Positions 1 through 9,474 of a DNA stretch of 64,000 nt are shown piece by piece. The translations under genes were made by a program, and so were the position numbers. The stretch is taken from NCBI GenBank assembly GCA_018223105.1, contig JAAEYY010000005.1:918-64917 (forward strand). The letters run 5' to 3'. The notes under the pieces were generated by a model that was not told the DNA's origin, did no database searches, and saw only the letters and a program-made list of their open reading frames with translations. The first letter of the stretch is position 1; the number at the start of each line of letters is the position of its first letter. The DNA comes from a bacterium. Its GTDB lineage: Bacteria > Bacteroidota > Bacteroidia > NS11-12g > UBA9320.

Positions 1-594
1 GAAGATCCCTGGGATTCACTGAAAGAAATTGCAAAAAGTGCTGAGCAACCTGTTCTTATTGCAATAAATAAGACGGATAAGTTGAAACAAAATGATGTAT
101 TACTATTGATTGAAAAAGTACATCAAGAGTTTGAAAGCGATAAGATTATTCCTCTTTCAGCATTAAAGTCGAACAACGTAGATGCATTAGTGAACGAAAT
201 AAAGGAATTGGCCCCTGAACATCCTCCATTTTATGATGAAGATATAATCAGTGATGAAAATGTGAGGTTTTTGGTTTCAGAAATGATTCGCGAAAAGTTG
301 CTTCAACAGTTCGAGAAAGAGATTCCTTATTCCGCTGAAGTCGAGATAAACGAATATTTTGAAGAAGACGGAATTGACAAAATATATGCTATCATTTATT
401 TAGAGAGAGACTCGCAAAAAGGAATAGTTATAGGCACCAAAGGGGCAGCAATTAAGAAACTGGGCACTGCTGCCCGTGTAGACATAGAAAAGTTTCTGGG
501 TAAAAAAGTGTTCCTCGACCTCAGTATAAAAATTAGAAAAAATTGGAGAAAAGAAGAGCTTCAACTTAAGCGCTTCGGATATATTAAAAAGTAA
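1..594 (+). CDS. era: GTPase Era, C-terminal portion including the KH domain; the 5' end lies upstream of the window
   Basis: The reading frame is open from base 1 (EDPWDSLKEIAKSAEQPVLIAINKTDKL...). It has a KH-domain-like C-terminus (VIGTKGAAIKKLGTAAR) and ends TAA at 592-594, overlapping the der start by 1 nt. Confidence 0.85.
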   Translation, partial: EDPWDSLKEIAKSAEQPVLIAINKTDKLKQNDVLLLIEKVHQEFESDKIIPLSALKSNNVDALVNEIKELAPEHPPFYDEDIISDENVRFLVSEMIREKLLQQFEKEIPYSAEVEINEYFEEDGIDKIYAIIYLERDSQKGIVIGTKGAAIKKLGTAARVDIEKFLGKKVFLDLSIKIRKNWRKEELQLKRFGYIKK

Positions 595-1901
595 TGGCAG
601 GTGTAGTAGCAATTGTAGGAAGACCCAATGTGGGCAAGTCCACATTATTTAACCGTTTGGTGGGCGAGAGAAAAGCTATCGTTGACAACGTTAGCGGTGT
701 AACCCGAGATCGGCATTATGGAAAATCCGACTGGATAGGCAAAGAGTTTACGGTGATTGACACCGGAGGGTATGTAGATCAAACAAATGACATTTTTGAA
801 AACCATATTAAAGATCAGGTTCTAGCTGCTATGAAGGAAGCGGATGTCTTGCTCTTTATGGTAGACGCAACAACAGATCCGAATGACTTAGATACCACTT
901 TTGCGCAGATCGTAAGAAAATCAGAAAAGCCCTGCTTACTAGTAGCAAATAAGGCAGATAACGATGAGCGTATGTTCATGGCAAATAGTTACTATTCTTT
1001 AGGCTTCGATACACTTTATCCTGTTTCTTCGATCTCCGGGAGTGGCACCGGAGAGCTTTTAGATGCTCTTGTTGAATTACTTCCCGATGGAGAAGTGATT
1101 TTCGAAGAAGAAGGTATTCCCAGAATGGCTTTCATTGGCCGACCTAACGTAGGTAAGTCAACCATTTGCAACACCTTGCTTGGAGAAGAACGAACCATCG
1201 TAACAGATGTTGCCGGAACAACACGAGATACTATATATATTAGATACAAAGGGTTCAATCACGATCTATATTTGGTAGACACTGCCGGGGTACGTAAGAA
1301 GAGTAAAGTCCATGAGGATATTGAATTTTACTCTGTAATGCGTTCAATAAAAGCACTGGAAAATGTTGATGTTGTTGGATTAGTTATAGATGCTCAACAA
1401 GGAATCGAATCTCAGGATTTAAACCTCTTTGGTTTAGCTCAGCGAAATGGAAAAGGAGTAGTAATTATTATTAATAAGTGGGATCTAGTAGAAAAAGATA
1501 CACATACCGTTAAGGAATACACTCAATATATTCACTCGAGGATTGCTCCTTTTACCGATGTACCTATTCTTTTCATCTCTGCCTTAACAAAAAAACGAGT
1601 ATTAAAAGCGCTTGATGCTCTAATTACAGTATATGAGAACAGAAAGAAACGCGTAAGTACTTCATCGTTAAATGATTACATGCTTGAAATTATAAAAAAG
1701 ACATCTCCACCGTCTTTAAAAGGAAAGTATGTAAAAATTAAATATATCACTCAACTACCTACTCCTTGCCCGTCTTTCGCCTTCTTCTGTAATCTGCCTC
1801 AGTATATTCCTGAAAGCTATAAACGATTCTTGGAGAACAAATTGAGGGATAAGTTTGATTTTGAAGGAGTTCCGATCAGAATATTTTTTAGAAAAAAATG
1901 A
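594..1901 (+). CDS. der: Ribosome-associated GTPase Der/EngA with tandem GTP-binding domains
   Basis: Two G domains each carry GRPNVGKST P-loops (residues ~9 and ~182) and DTAG/DTGG, NKxD motifs. The protein is 435 aa. Era-Der adjacency is typical. Confidence 0.9.
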   Translation: MAGVVAIVGRPNVGKSTLFNRLVGERKAIVDNVSGVTRDRHYGKSDWIGKEFTVIDTGGYVDQTNDIFENHIKDQVLAAMKEADVLLFMVDATTDPNDLDTTFAQIVRKSEKPCLLVANKADNDERMFMANSYYSLGFDTLYPVSSISGSGTGELLDALVELLPDGEVIFEEEGIPRMAFIGRPNVGKSTICNTLLGEERTIVTDVAGTTRDTIYIRYKGFNHDLYLVDTAGVRKKSKVHEDIEFYSVMRSIKALENVDVVGLVIDAQQGIESQDLNLFGLAQRNGKGVVIIINKWDLVEKDTHTVKEYTQYIHSRIAPFTDVPILFISALTKKRVLKALDALITVYENRKKRVSTSSLNDYMLEIIKKTSPPSLKGKYVKIKYITQLPTPCPSFAFFCNLPQYIPESYKRFLENKLRDKFDFEGVPIRIFFRKK

Positions 1902-1967
1902 TACTACTCGTTTTTTTTTTATATTCGCAGCCATTTCAATTCAATTCAAACTTTAAATACGCGTAAA

Positions 1968-2234
1968 ATGAAAAAAATTATTGCTCTATTTGCTATTGTA
2001 TCTGTATTCGGATTTGTAGCATGTAACAATGCTGCTGAAGAAGCTGAAGAAGCTGCTGAAGAAACTCAAGAAGCAGTTGAAGCTGCTGCTGAAGAAGTAG
2101 AAGAAGAAGTTGACGGTACCATGGAAGAAATTGGTGAGTCAATGGACGAAACTGTAGAAGGTGCTGAAGCAGCTAAAGAAGGTGCTGAAGAAACTGCTAA
2201 GAAAATGGAAGATGCAGTTGACGGAGGTCACTAA
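1968..2234 (+). CDS. Small, highly acidic Ala/Glu-rich lipoprotein (hypothetical)
   Basis: Signal peptide with lipobox (MKKIIALFAIVSVFGFVAC). The remainder is a low-complexity AEEAEEAAEE-type acidic sequence. It is followed by a hairpin and T-run. Confidence 0.5.
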   Translation: MKKIIALFAIVSVFGFVACNNAAEEAEEAAEETQEAVEAAAEEVEEEVDGTMEEIGESMDETVEGAEAAKEGAEETAKKMEDAVDGGH

Positions 2235-2264
2235 TTAGCATTTAGCAAACAAAAAAATAAAGAA

Positions 2265-2296
2265 GGGAGCTCATTTGAGTCTCCCTTTTTTATTTT
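2265..2296 (+). terminator. Rho-independent terminator-like hairpin plus T-run after the acidic lipoprotein gene
   Basis: GGGAGCTCA..TGAGTCTCCC imperfect stem is followed by TTTTTTATTTTT. Confidence 0.5.
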
Positions 2297-2304
2297 TGAA
2301 TATT

Positions 2305-2478
2305 ATGAAACTTAAAAAGTACGCTTTTGTATTGCTATTCGGTATCTTCTTAATGGCTTGTCAATCTAATGATACAGAAACTCAAGAAGAAGAAAAAGAA
2401 ATGGAACAAGTAGACGATATGGTTGATCGTGATCAGCAGCGTATTGATTCCATGAAAAAAGCCAATGGAATAGAATAA
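2305..2478 (+). CDS. Small acidic lipoprotein (hypothetical)
   Basis: The ATG at 2305 gives MKLKKYAFVLLFGIFLMAC (a lipobox). The track ORF started at TTG 2275, inside the preceding terminator, so I moved the start. It is 57 aa. Confidence 0.45.
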   Translation: MKLKKYAFVLLFGIFLMACQSNDTETQEEEKEMEQVDDMVDRDQQRIDSMKKANGIE

Positions 2479-2491
2479 ACCTTAGTAAAGA

Positions 2492-3502
2492 TTAAAGGCT
2501 ACTAAATTGATTTAAGAATCGAGTATCGTTATCAAAGAAGGTCCTAAGATCTTTAACTCCGTATTTAAGCATCGCAATTCGATCTACTCCCATTCCAAAT
2601 GCAAATCCGGTATATTGATTAGGATCTATGTTACAGTTTTCTAAAACATTCACATCCACCATACCACATCCTAAAATTTCTAACCAACCTGTTCCTTTGG
2701 TTAATCTGTAATCTGATTCGGTTTCTTTCCCAAGATAAATATCCATTTCGGCAGAAGGTTCTGTAAAAGGAAAGTAGGAAGCACGGAATCGAACTTCAGT
2801 GTTTTTCCCAAAAAATTCCTGCACAAACTGATATAGCGTTTGCTTGAGATCTGCGAACGTTACACCTTTATCTATATATAACCCTTCCACCTGGTGAAAA
2901 AAGCAATTAGAACGCGCGGAAATAGCCTCGTTTCTATACACCCTTCCTGGCATAATTGCCCTTATAGGGGGTTTTTGTGTCTCCATCAATCTAACTTGTA
3001 CTGATGAAGTATGAGTTCTTAATGCGTGATCACCATCCACAAAAAATGTATCCTGCATATCTCGAGCCGGATGATTGTCCGGAAAATTTAATGCAGAAAA
3101 ATTATGCCAGTCATCCTCAACTTCCGGACCATCACTTACCGAAAATCCTAATCGCTCAAAAATGGCCGACATATCCTCAATTACAGTATTAATTGGATGA
3201 CGAGATCCTAATTCCTGGAAAAATGGAGGAAGATCAACTACACTCTTTTTTGTCGCACTGGCCTCCGACTGAAAATTTTGTTCTGCTTCGTTGTAAATGT
3301 TTTGAATTTCGTTTTTAAACTCGTTCAGCTCTTTACCTAGACTTTTCTTCTCTTCCGGTGGCAGACTTTTAAATTCCTGAAATAAGTCATTCACCAAGCC
3401 TTTCTTTACTAAAAATTTTAAACGAAAAGCCTCTAGCTCTTCTTTGGAATTAATGCTAAATGATTTTGCTTCTTGAACTATCTCAGAAATTCTATCCTTC
3501 AT
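2492..3502 (-). CDS. pheS: Phenylalanine--tRNA ligase alpha subunit
   Basis: Class II aaRS motifs (FFHQVEGL, GFAFGMGVDRIAMLKYG). It is 336 aa with an ATG start at 3500-3502. Confidence 0.9.
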   Translation of the reverse strand: MKDRISEIVQEAKSFSINSKEELEAFRLKFLVKKGLVNDLFQEFKSLPPEEKKSLGKELNEFKNEIQNIYNEAEQNFQSEASATKKSVVDLPPFFQELGSRHPINTVIEDMSAIFERLGFSVSDGPEVEDDWHNFSALNFPDNHPARDMQDTFFVDGDHALRTHTSSVQVRLMETQKPPIRAIMPGRVYRNEAISARSNCFFHQVEGLYIDKGVTFADLKQTLYQFVQEFFGKNTEVRFRASYFPFTEPSAEMDIYLGKETESDYRLTKGTGWLEILGCGMVDVNVLENCNIDPNQYTGFAFGMGVDRIAMLKYGVKDLRTFFDNDTRFLNQFSSL

Positions 3503-3905
3503 ATCTGCTGCAAAGTAATTTGTTTGAGTTCAAAAATCGATGAAGGATTTCGTTTTCCCCACTTCTATTAATTCTTATTATTCTTTTAAAAGATAATAGT
3601 AGTATATAAGTAATACCCTGTGAGTTTGTGGTTAGAAATATTTGCGTAATTCATTGTTAACACTCTGATAACATCTTATACAGCCTTAAGTGTTTGATTT
3701 AGAATCTTTTATTGAAATTATCCTCTACTGTGGTATTTGAAATTCACATCCGATTGTGCAATATGTGCTTGTTAAGAAAGCCCTACTTTTTAGTCTATAT
3801 TGAGTGCATAGAATAGTATGAACTATTCGGATATTCATTATGAGTTCGACTTAAATAGTTGTGAGTAGCAATTAACAACCCTTATTAACAAACTGTGTAT
3901 AATGG

Positions 3906-5444
3906 TTATAACTTATTGATAATAAGTTCTTTATCCCAGTTAGCTCGTAGTTCTATTTGTTCTGAAAGGAAAATAGACTCCGATTCTACTCCAAGAATAA
4001 AGTCACCAGGATCCCAGATACCGTTATTATTACCATCTGTGATAATTCTAATTCTGTATTTACCTGCAGTTAGTGAATTATAGGTTTTATTAAAAGAGCT
4101 TGTGAAGGGTATTTGCTCAATTACTTTATCCGATTTTAGTACCTGAAGGATGTAATTGTTACTATCGGGTAAATCTACATTTAAAGTGAAAACAGTAAAT
4201 TCAGATGATCGGTCGGGTAGAATCAGTGTATCCGGAGCTGATACAGTTCCGTTGATATCCTTAATAGCACCTTGTTCTAGAATAAGTTTGTAATTTCCTG
4301 TTTTACTGAAATATATAAAAACTTCATTTTCAATCACTTTACTTGAATCAATATTGATTTCAGTGGTATCTACTTTTAGTCTTATTTTTTGAAAATTCAC
4401 AGTATCAATTGCCTGCTTTGATTGTATCCTTATCGTATTAAGAGCAGATTGAATGGCTTTATATTTCGCTCCTTTAGTAGGAGGAACTTTAGGAGCATAG
4501 AAATAAGAATAGCTATGTGTGTCATACAAGAATACCAACTCACTACTATCTACTCTTGCCAATGGAATAAATGAAGTAAGAGTATCTTTACTGAGATTTA
4601 GTTTATAATCTTGGTTGAAGGTATCTCCAGCTTTGTTTATCAGTTTAAATGATTGGTCTTTAATGTATAATGGATCTTCAAAAGCTAGTTTAAAGACCCC
4701 GGGATATGAGACTTTAACTTGTTTCGCTATTGGTTTTTTATTGGAGCGAAATGGAAAAATATAGAAAGTATCTAATGACATTGAATCATCGGTAATACTC
4801 ATTTTCCCTAGTGATATCAGTTCTCCATGTTCTACTTTTAAATTTTTATTCTCATCATGAAGCGCGTATACCATAAAAGTATCTTTGGGTAGAAATTTAA
4901 TCTCTGCCCTACCTGAACCGGAAGTATTTGCAACATAATCAGGTCTCCCTATTAAAGGTAAACTATCATTGAGATTACGATACATATAAAGCATACAATG
5001 ATCGCAGGCTTGTTTGCTAAATGCATCAATAACAACACCGGTATATGAAAGTGAATCTATATAAGCACCTGTGCTAAATGTAAGTTGATAATTGCTCACA
5101 GGATTACCGGCATTATTATCTACTACAGCTCCATTAATCATAACGTTATAAGTAGAATTGGGAATTAAATCCTCTTGAAATTCAATAATTAGACTCTTCT
5201 TTTTTATACTGTATTTAGGAGGTGTAGATGGATTGGGAGATATAATTAGAAGTTTATTAGCGTCTTTTGTCTTTATAAATTCATCAAACTCAATTTCTAT
5301 GGTTCTTGGTGAAATATTGGTTTGTGCAGAGTCAGGAAAGGTAGAAACTACTTTTGGAGCTATTGTATCTTCAGGTCCACCATCCGGAGGTTTTACGGTT
5401 GCGCATCCTAAAAGGAAGATCACAAAAAATAAATAATGTTTCAT
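3906..5444 (-). CDS. Lipoprotein with Ig-like (SbsA/BIG-type) repeats (hypothetical)
   Basis: Signal peptide plus lipobox (MKHYLFFVIFLLGCATV), then beta-rich repeats. The C-terminus reaches the mnmG stop with a 1-nt overlap. Confidence 0.55.
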   Translation of the reverse strand: MKHYLFFVIFLLGCATVKPPDGGPEDTIAPKVVSTFPDSAQTNISPRTIEIEFDEFIKTKDANKLLIISPNPSTPPKYSIKKKSLIIEFQEDLIPNSTYNVMINGAVVDNNAGNPVSNYQLTFSTGAYIDSLSYTGVVIDAFSKQACDHCMLYMYRNLNDSLPLIGRPDYVANTSGSGRAEIKFLPKDTFMVYALHDENKNLKVEHGELISLGKMSITDDSMSLDTFYIFPFRSNKKPIAKQVKVSYPGVFKLAFEDPLYIKDQSFKLINKAGDTFNQDYKLNLSKDTLTSFIPLARVDSSELVFLYDTHSYSYFYAPKVPPTKGAKYKAIQSALNTIRIQSKQAIDTVNFQKIRLKVDTTEINIDSSKVIENEVFIYFSKTGNYKLILEQGAIKDINGTVSAPDTLILPDRSSEFTVFTLNVDLPDSNNYILQVLKSDKVIEQIPFTSSFNKTYNSLTAGKYRIRIITDGNNNGIWDPGDFILGVESESIFLSEQIELRANWDKELIINKL

Positions 5445-7312
5445 TATCGGCCGAAATGTACAAGCAGAATTGATATGTCTGCAGGATTTACTCCACTAAT
5501 TCTGGATGCTTGTCCAATAGATTCCGGTTTTATCTGGCTTAGTTTTTCCCTAGCTTCATTAGAAAGGGCGGTAATCCCTTTATAATCATAGCCTTCCGGG
5601 ATTCTAATGTGTTCAAGCTTTGCCATTTTAGCAACCTGCTCTTTCTCCGTAGCTAAATATCCTTTGTATTTTGTTTCTATTTCCGCTTGTTCAAGTTCAT
5701 CGAAGCTATATCCTTCTATGAAATTGGCTATACCTTCAACATCTTTTAGGTCTGATGTTGATACTTGAGGCCTACTCAGTATTTTCTCTATATGGTAATT
5801 CTGAGGAATTGGAGGAGTGTCTAAAGACTCAAGCACAGGGTTTATGTTTTCCGGTTTTATAGTTTGTTTCTCGTAGTAAGAAACTAACTCATCAATATGT
5901 TCCCTCTTCTGCTGTATATGCTCGTAAGTTTCAGAACTAATAGTTCCTACTTCATATGCTCGAGGCATGAGTCGCAGATCCGCGTTATCTTGGCGTAATA
6001 AAATACGAAACTCCGCTCTGGATGTGAACATTCGATATGGCTCATCAGTACCTTTATTAATTAAATCGTCTATTAATACACCGATGTATGCCTCAGAACG
6101 CGATAAAGTAAAAGCTTCTTGGTTTCTAAAGTGCTGAACCGCGTTAATTCCAGCTATAAGTCCTTGACAACCAGCTTCTTCATAACCTGTTGTGCCGTTT
6201 ATTTGACCCGCAAAGAATAGTCCATTAATAGCCTTTGTTTCCAAGCTAGATTTGAGCTGTGTAGGATAGAAGAAATCGTATTCGATTGCATATCCGGGTC
6301 TAAAGATCTTACAGTTCTCAAATCCTTTAATTTTCCGAATAGCTTCATACTGTACTTCTTGAGGCAAGCTGGTACTGAAGCCATTAACGTAGATTTCTAC
6401 GGTGTTCCAGCCTTCTGGTTCAACAAATATTTGATGGCGATTTCGTTCTGCGAAACGGTTTATCTTGTCTTCAACAGATGGGCAGTATCTCGGACCAATA
6501 GACTTAATAGTTCCATTATACAATGGAGATTGATCCAAGTTATTTCGAAGAATATCATGTACTTCCTCATTGGTATATGTGATATGGCAACTTCGTTGTT
6601 TCAGCTGTTCGTGGGGCTGTCTAAATGAAAATTGTCCGGGAATTTCATCTCCTTTCTGCTCTTCCATAACAGAATAATCTAAACTTCTTCCGTCTACCCG
6701 TGGCGGAGTTCCGGTTTTCATTCTCCCGGAAGCTAAGCCAAAAGATTCGAGTTGTTCTGTTATGCCATAAGAGGCTTTGTCTCCCATTCTGCCACCTTTC
6801 ATTTGCTTCATTCCAATATGAATAAGGCCATTCATAAAGGTACCACTGGTGAGAACCACGGAAGGTGCGTAAAACTGTTGTCCAATAGAGGTGTTTACCC
6901 CTGTAACTTTTTGATTTTCAACGATTAATGAGCTTACAGAGTCCTGAACGAAGTCTAAATTAGGCGTTTGTTCGAGTACTTCTCGCCATTTTAAAGAAAA
7001 CATCACCCGGTCGTTCTGAGTTCGTGGACTCCACATAGCGGGCCCTTTGGATCTGTTAAGCATCCGAAATTGTATGGTGGAATGATCAGCTACGATACCG
7101 GACATTCCTCCTAATGCATCAATTTCTCGCACGATCTGACCTTTAGCCACTCCGCCCATTGCGGGATTGCAAGACATCTTTGCGATGGTTTCGAGATTCA
7201 TTGTGATGAGAAGCGTCTTCGCTCCCATCGTAGCTGCTATATGTGCTGCTTCGCAACCGGCATGACCGGCGCCTACAACTATAACTTCGTATGTATTAAA
7301 TGAGTGTTTCAC
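5444..7312 (-). CDS. mnmG: tRNA uridine-5-carboxymethylaminomethyl(34) synthesis enzyme MnmG (GidA)
   Basis: N-terminal FAD-binding fold (YEVIVVGAGHAGCEAA). It is 622 aa and conserved throughout. The start is GTG. Confidence 0.92.
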   Translation of the reverse strand: MKHSFNTYEVIVVGAGHAGCEAAHIAATMGAKTLLITMNLETIAKMSCNPAMGGVAKGQIVREIDALGGMSGIVADHSTIQFRMLNRSKGPAMWSPRTQNDRVMFSLKWREVLEQTPNLDFVQDSVSSLIVENQKVTGVNTSIGQQFYAPSVVLTSGTFMNGLIHIGMKQMKGGRMGDKASYGITEQLESFGLASGRMKTGTPPRVDGRSLDYSVMEEQKGDEIPGQFSFRQPHEQLKQRSCHITYTNEEVHDILRNNLDQSPLYNGTIKSIGPRYCPSVEDKINRFAERNRHQIFVEPEGWNTVEIYVNGFSTSLPQEVQYEAIRKIKGFENCKIFRPGYAIEYDFFYPTQLKSSLETKAINGLFFAGQINGTTGYEEAGCQGLIAGINAVQHFRNQEAFTLSRSEAYIGVLIDDLINKGTDEPYRMFTSRAEFRILLRQDNADLRLMPRAYEVGTISSETYEHIQQKREHIDELVSYYEKQTIKPENINPVLESLDTPPIPQNYHIEKILSRPQVSTSDLKDVEGIANFIEGYSFDELEQAEIETKYKGYLATEKEQVAKMAKLEHIRIPEGYDYKGITALSNEAREKLSQIKPESIGQASRISGVNPADISILLVHFGR

Positions 7313-7731
7313 GTGGAACGTTGCAAATCTAAATAGTGCTCTTCGGCGGCTCTCATTTTTTTGGACTCTTCGTCGGTTTTGTCGGCGTATCCACCCAAAT
7401 GAAGCAAACCGTGCACACAGACCCTTAACAGTTCAGTCTTGAATTCTGTTTTGAATTCCTTAGCGTTTTCTCGAACTCGATCTACGCTGATGTAGATTTC
7501 GGAGTGACTGTAATCGTCATCGTCGCTGTAGTCGAAGGTGATTATGTCTGTGTAGTAATTGTGGTCTAGTGCTTGAATGTTGATGGAGAGCAGCTCTTCA
7601 TCTCCAAGGAAAATGTAACAAACGGGTTTACTTAGAGACATGTCGTGGAAACACTGCTCTAGAACAGGTTTGTTAACTTGGCCTCGCGGATCGAAGCCAT
7701 TAAGTTCAGATAGAAATTTAATTGCTGTCAA
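7309..7731 (-). CDS. ybeY: Endoribonuclease YbeY (rRNA maturation factor)
   Basis: Zinc-binding HGLLHLGGY motif. It is 140 aa with a TTG start. Its N-terminus overlaps the upstream gene's stop by 14 nt. Confidence 0.85.
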   Translation of the reverse strand: MTAIKFLSELNGFDPRGQVNKPVLEQCFHDMSLSKPVCYIFLGDEELLSINIQALDHNYYTDIITFDYSDDDDYSHSEIYISVDRVRENAKEFKTEFKTELLRVCVHGLLHLGGYADKTDEESKKMRAAEEHYLDLQRST

Positions 7732-9412
7732 TTACGCGAAGTACGCCTTTGTATGTTTGTTTTTCTCCTTTGAGTCCATAGACTGTTATGGTGTAGACAT
7801 AGATACCCTGCATTACTCTTTCGCCTCGATAATCTCCGTACCATGGAACGTTAGTGTTGTTGTCTACCAGCATTTCACCCCAGCGGTTGAAGACCTGATA
7901 TCTAGACTTGCTATGGTCGATGCCCGTTCCCAGAACTATAAACCGGTTGTTTTCACTACCCAAATTCATGCTGTTAGGAACATAAACGTTCAAGTCAGGA
8001 ATGATGCACTCTATGTTGGATATGCTGTTTTTGTTGTATCCGTAGCTGTTTTGGTTTTCGACAGCTTCAATGTAAAAGCAGCCGCCGGTGTCTAGAGTTT
8101 GATAGAAGATCTCATTACTTGATACATCAATGGTGTTCCACGTGGAACTTCCTTGACCTTGATGGTGTAGAATGTATTGTTCAACTCCGCCGTCCCAATT
8201 TAAGTATGGGTTGTGACTTAGTCCGGGGTCAATCTCAAGAAATATGCTGTTAGATGTGTTTGATTCCAGCACTAATTCGTCGCAGTAGTTGTATGACTCG
8301 ATTTTATAAGAATAGAACTGGTCGTGAACATTCGTTGCAACATCGGTGTAAGTGTAATTCTGAGACTGGGTTCCTGGAACTGAGTTGTATGTAGAAGGAA
8401 CCCCCGAATTGTCTGCCCTTAATATTTGATAGGTTTTTATGTCTCGCAGGTCGTCACTCTCCCATTCAAGTGAAATGTCTTCATCACCAATAACAGTTAC
8501 CCGGCTCAAGTATAAATACGATGGCTCGTAAAACGCACGTGTTTCGATGCAGCGTATGTTGGATGTGGATGTTATTCCCGGAGTGTTGGAATAAGATCGA
8601 ACCATAAAGCACAATGTGTCGCCGAGCATAAAGTCGGTGAACTTTAATGAATTTTCAGTTTCATCAAAGGATGTAAATCTTTTATAGCCTTCGTGGTTTT
8701 TGTTGAGTAATACAACCTGACTGTCAATTCCGGCCCATCCTTTATAGCGACTCCAGTTTAATGATATTTCACGAAGACATGTGTCTATGCTGCTGTTAAG
8801 TCTGCATACTCGATGTACGTCCGAAATGTCGCTGAACAATCCACAACTATCGAAAGCAGCGATAGTGACGTCGAATACAGAAGCCGGGTTTTTACTGATC
8901 GTGTAAAAGGTGTCTTGGGTCTGGCCAATGCTGTCGTTAATTCCCGAAACTTGTTTGAATATTCTGTAACCTGCTGCATCGGGAGATCCGTTTTGTTTCC
9001 AACCAGCGATAATGTCTTGACTCAAAAAGTCGTAACTTAAAGAATCCAATACTGTAAGCTCAGGCCTTTCATTGTCGATGAGAATAGTGTCGCTATGTGC
9101 GCTGTCGAGCATGTCGCATAAGGTGTGAATACTCAGATAATAGCTTCTAGTTTTGTTTAAGTCTTTGGTATTCAGCGAGTAAGACCGAGCAGAGGGGTCT
9201 GTTACACTTGCTATTTTAGTGAAAGGACCAGGGCTTTGCTTTTCATAAATGTCAATTCGTTCAAAAGAATTACATGCGTCGTTTACTTGAGTCCACTGAA
9301 GGGTCACTATAGAATCTGAAACATTAAAGCAGGCGCGAAGAAGTACCGGTGGGCCGGTAACAGCCTCAGCAATGAGCTGGGTAAACATGAATAAAATTAA
9401 AATAGCTCGCAT
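7718..9412 (-). CDS. Secreted beta-rich protein with gliding-motility-associated (T9SS type B) C-terminal domain
   Basis: N-terminal signal peptide (MRAILILFMFTQLIAEA). The C-terminal ...YQVFNRWGEMLV...WYGDYRGERVMQGIYVYTITVYGLKGEKQTYKGVLRVID matches the type B CTD consensus. I moved the start to the ATG at 9410-9412. Confidence 0.75.
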   Translation of the reverse strand: MRAILILFMFTQLIAEAVTGPPVLLRACFNVSDSIVTLQWTQVNDACNSFERIDIYEKQSPGPFTKIASVTDPSARSYSLNTKDLNKTRSYYLSIHTLCDMLDSAHSDTILIDNERPELTVLDSLSYDFLSQDIIAGWKQNGSPDAAGYRIFKQVSGINDSIGQTQDTFYTISKNPASVFDVTIAAFDSCGLFSDISDVHRVCRLNSSIDTCLREISLNWSRYKGWAGIDSQVVLLNKNHEGYKRFTSFDETENSLKFTDFMLGDTLCFMVRSYSNTPGITSTSNIRCIETRAFYEPSYLYLSRVTVIGDEDISLEWESDDLRDIKTYQILRADNSGVPSTYNSVPGTQSQNYTYTDVATNVHDQFYSYKIESYNYCDELVLESNTSNSIFLEIDPGLSHNPYLNWDGGVEQYILHHQGQGSSTWNTIDVSSNEIFYQTLDTGGCFYIEAVENQNSYGYNKNSISNIECIIPDLNVYVPNSMNLGSENNRFIVLGTGIDHSKSRYQVFNRWGEMLVDNNTNVPWYGDYRGERVMQGIYVYTITVYGLKGEKQTYKGVLRVIDSN

Positions 9413-9474
9413 CAATTCAACCGCCTATGGGGAATAACGTGTTTACTTTGCAAAAATTGTAAAATTAAAGCGTA

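Noticed and set aside
400-645. Antisense or nested ORFs from the six-frame track (400-645, 1016-1258, 16142-16378, 21359-21778, 26152-26487, 55674-56144, 61683-62021, 63714-63899 and similar)
   Set aside because: All lie entirely within well-supported conserved genes on the opposite strand. They have low-complexity or biased composition typical of shadow ORFs and no independent start or terminator signals.
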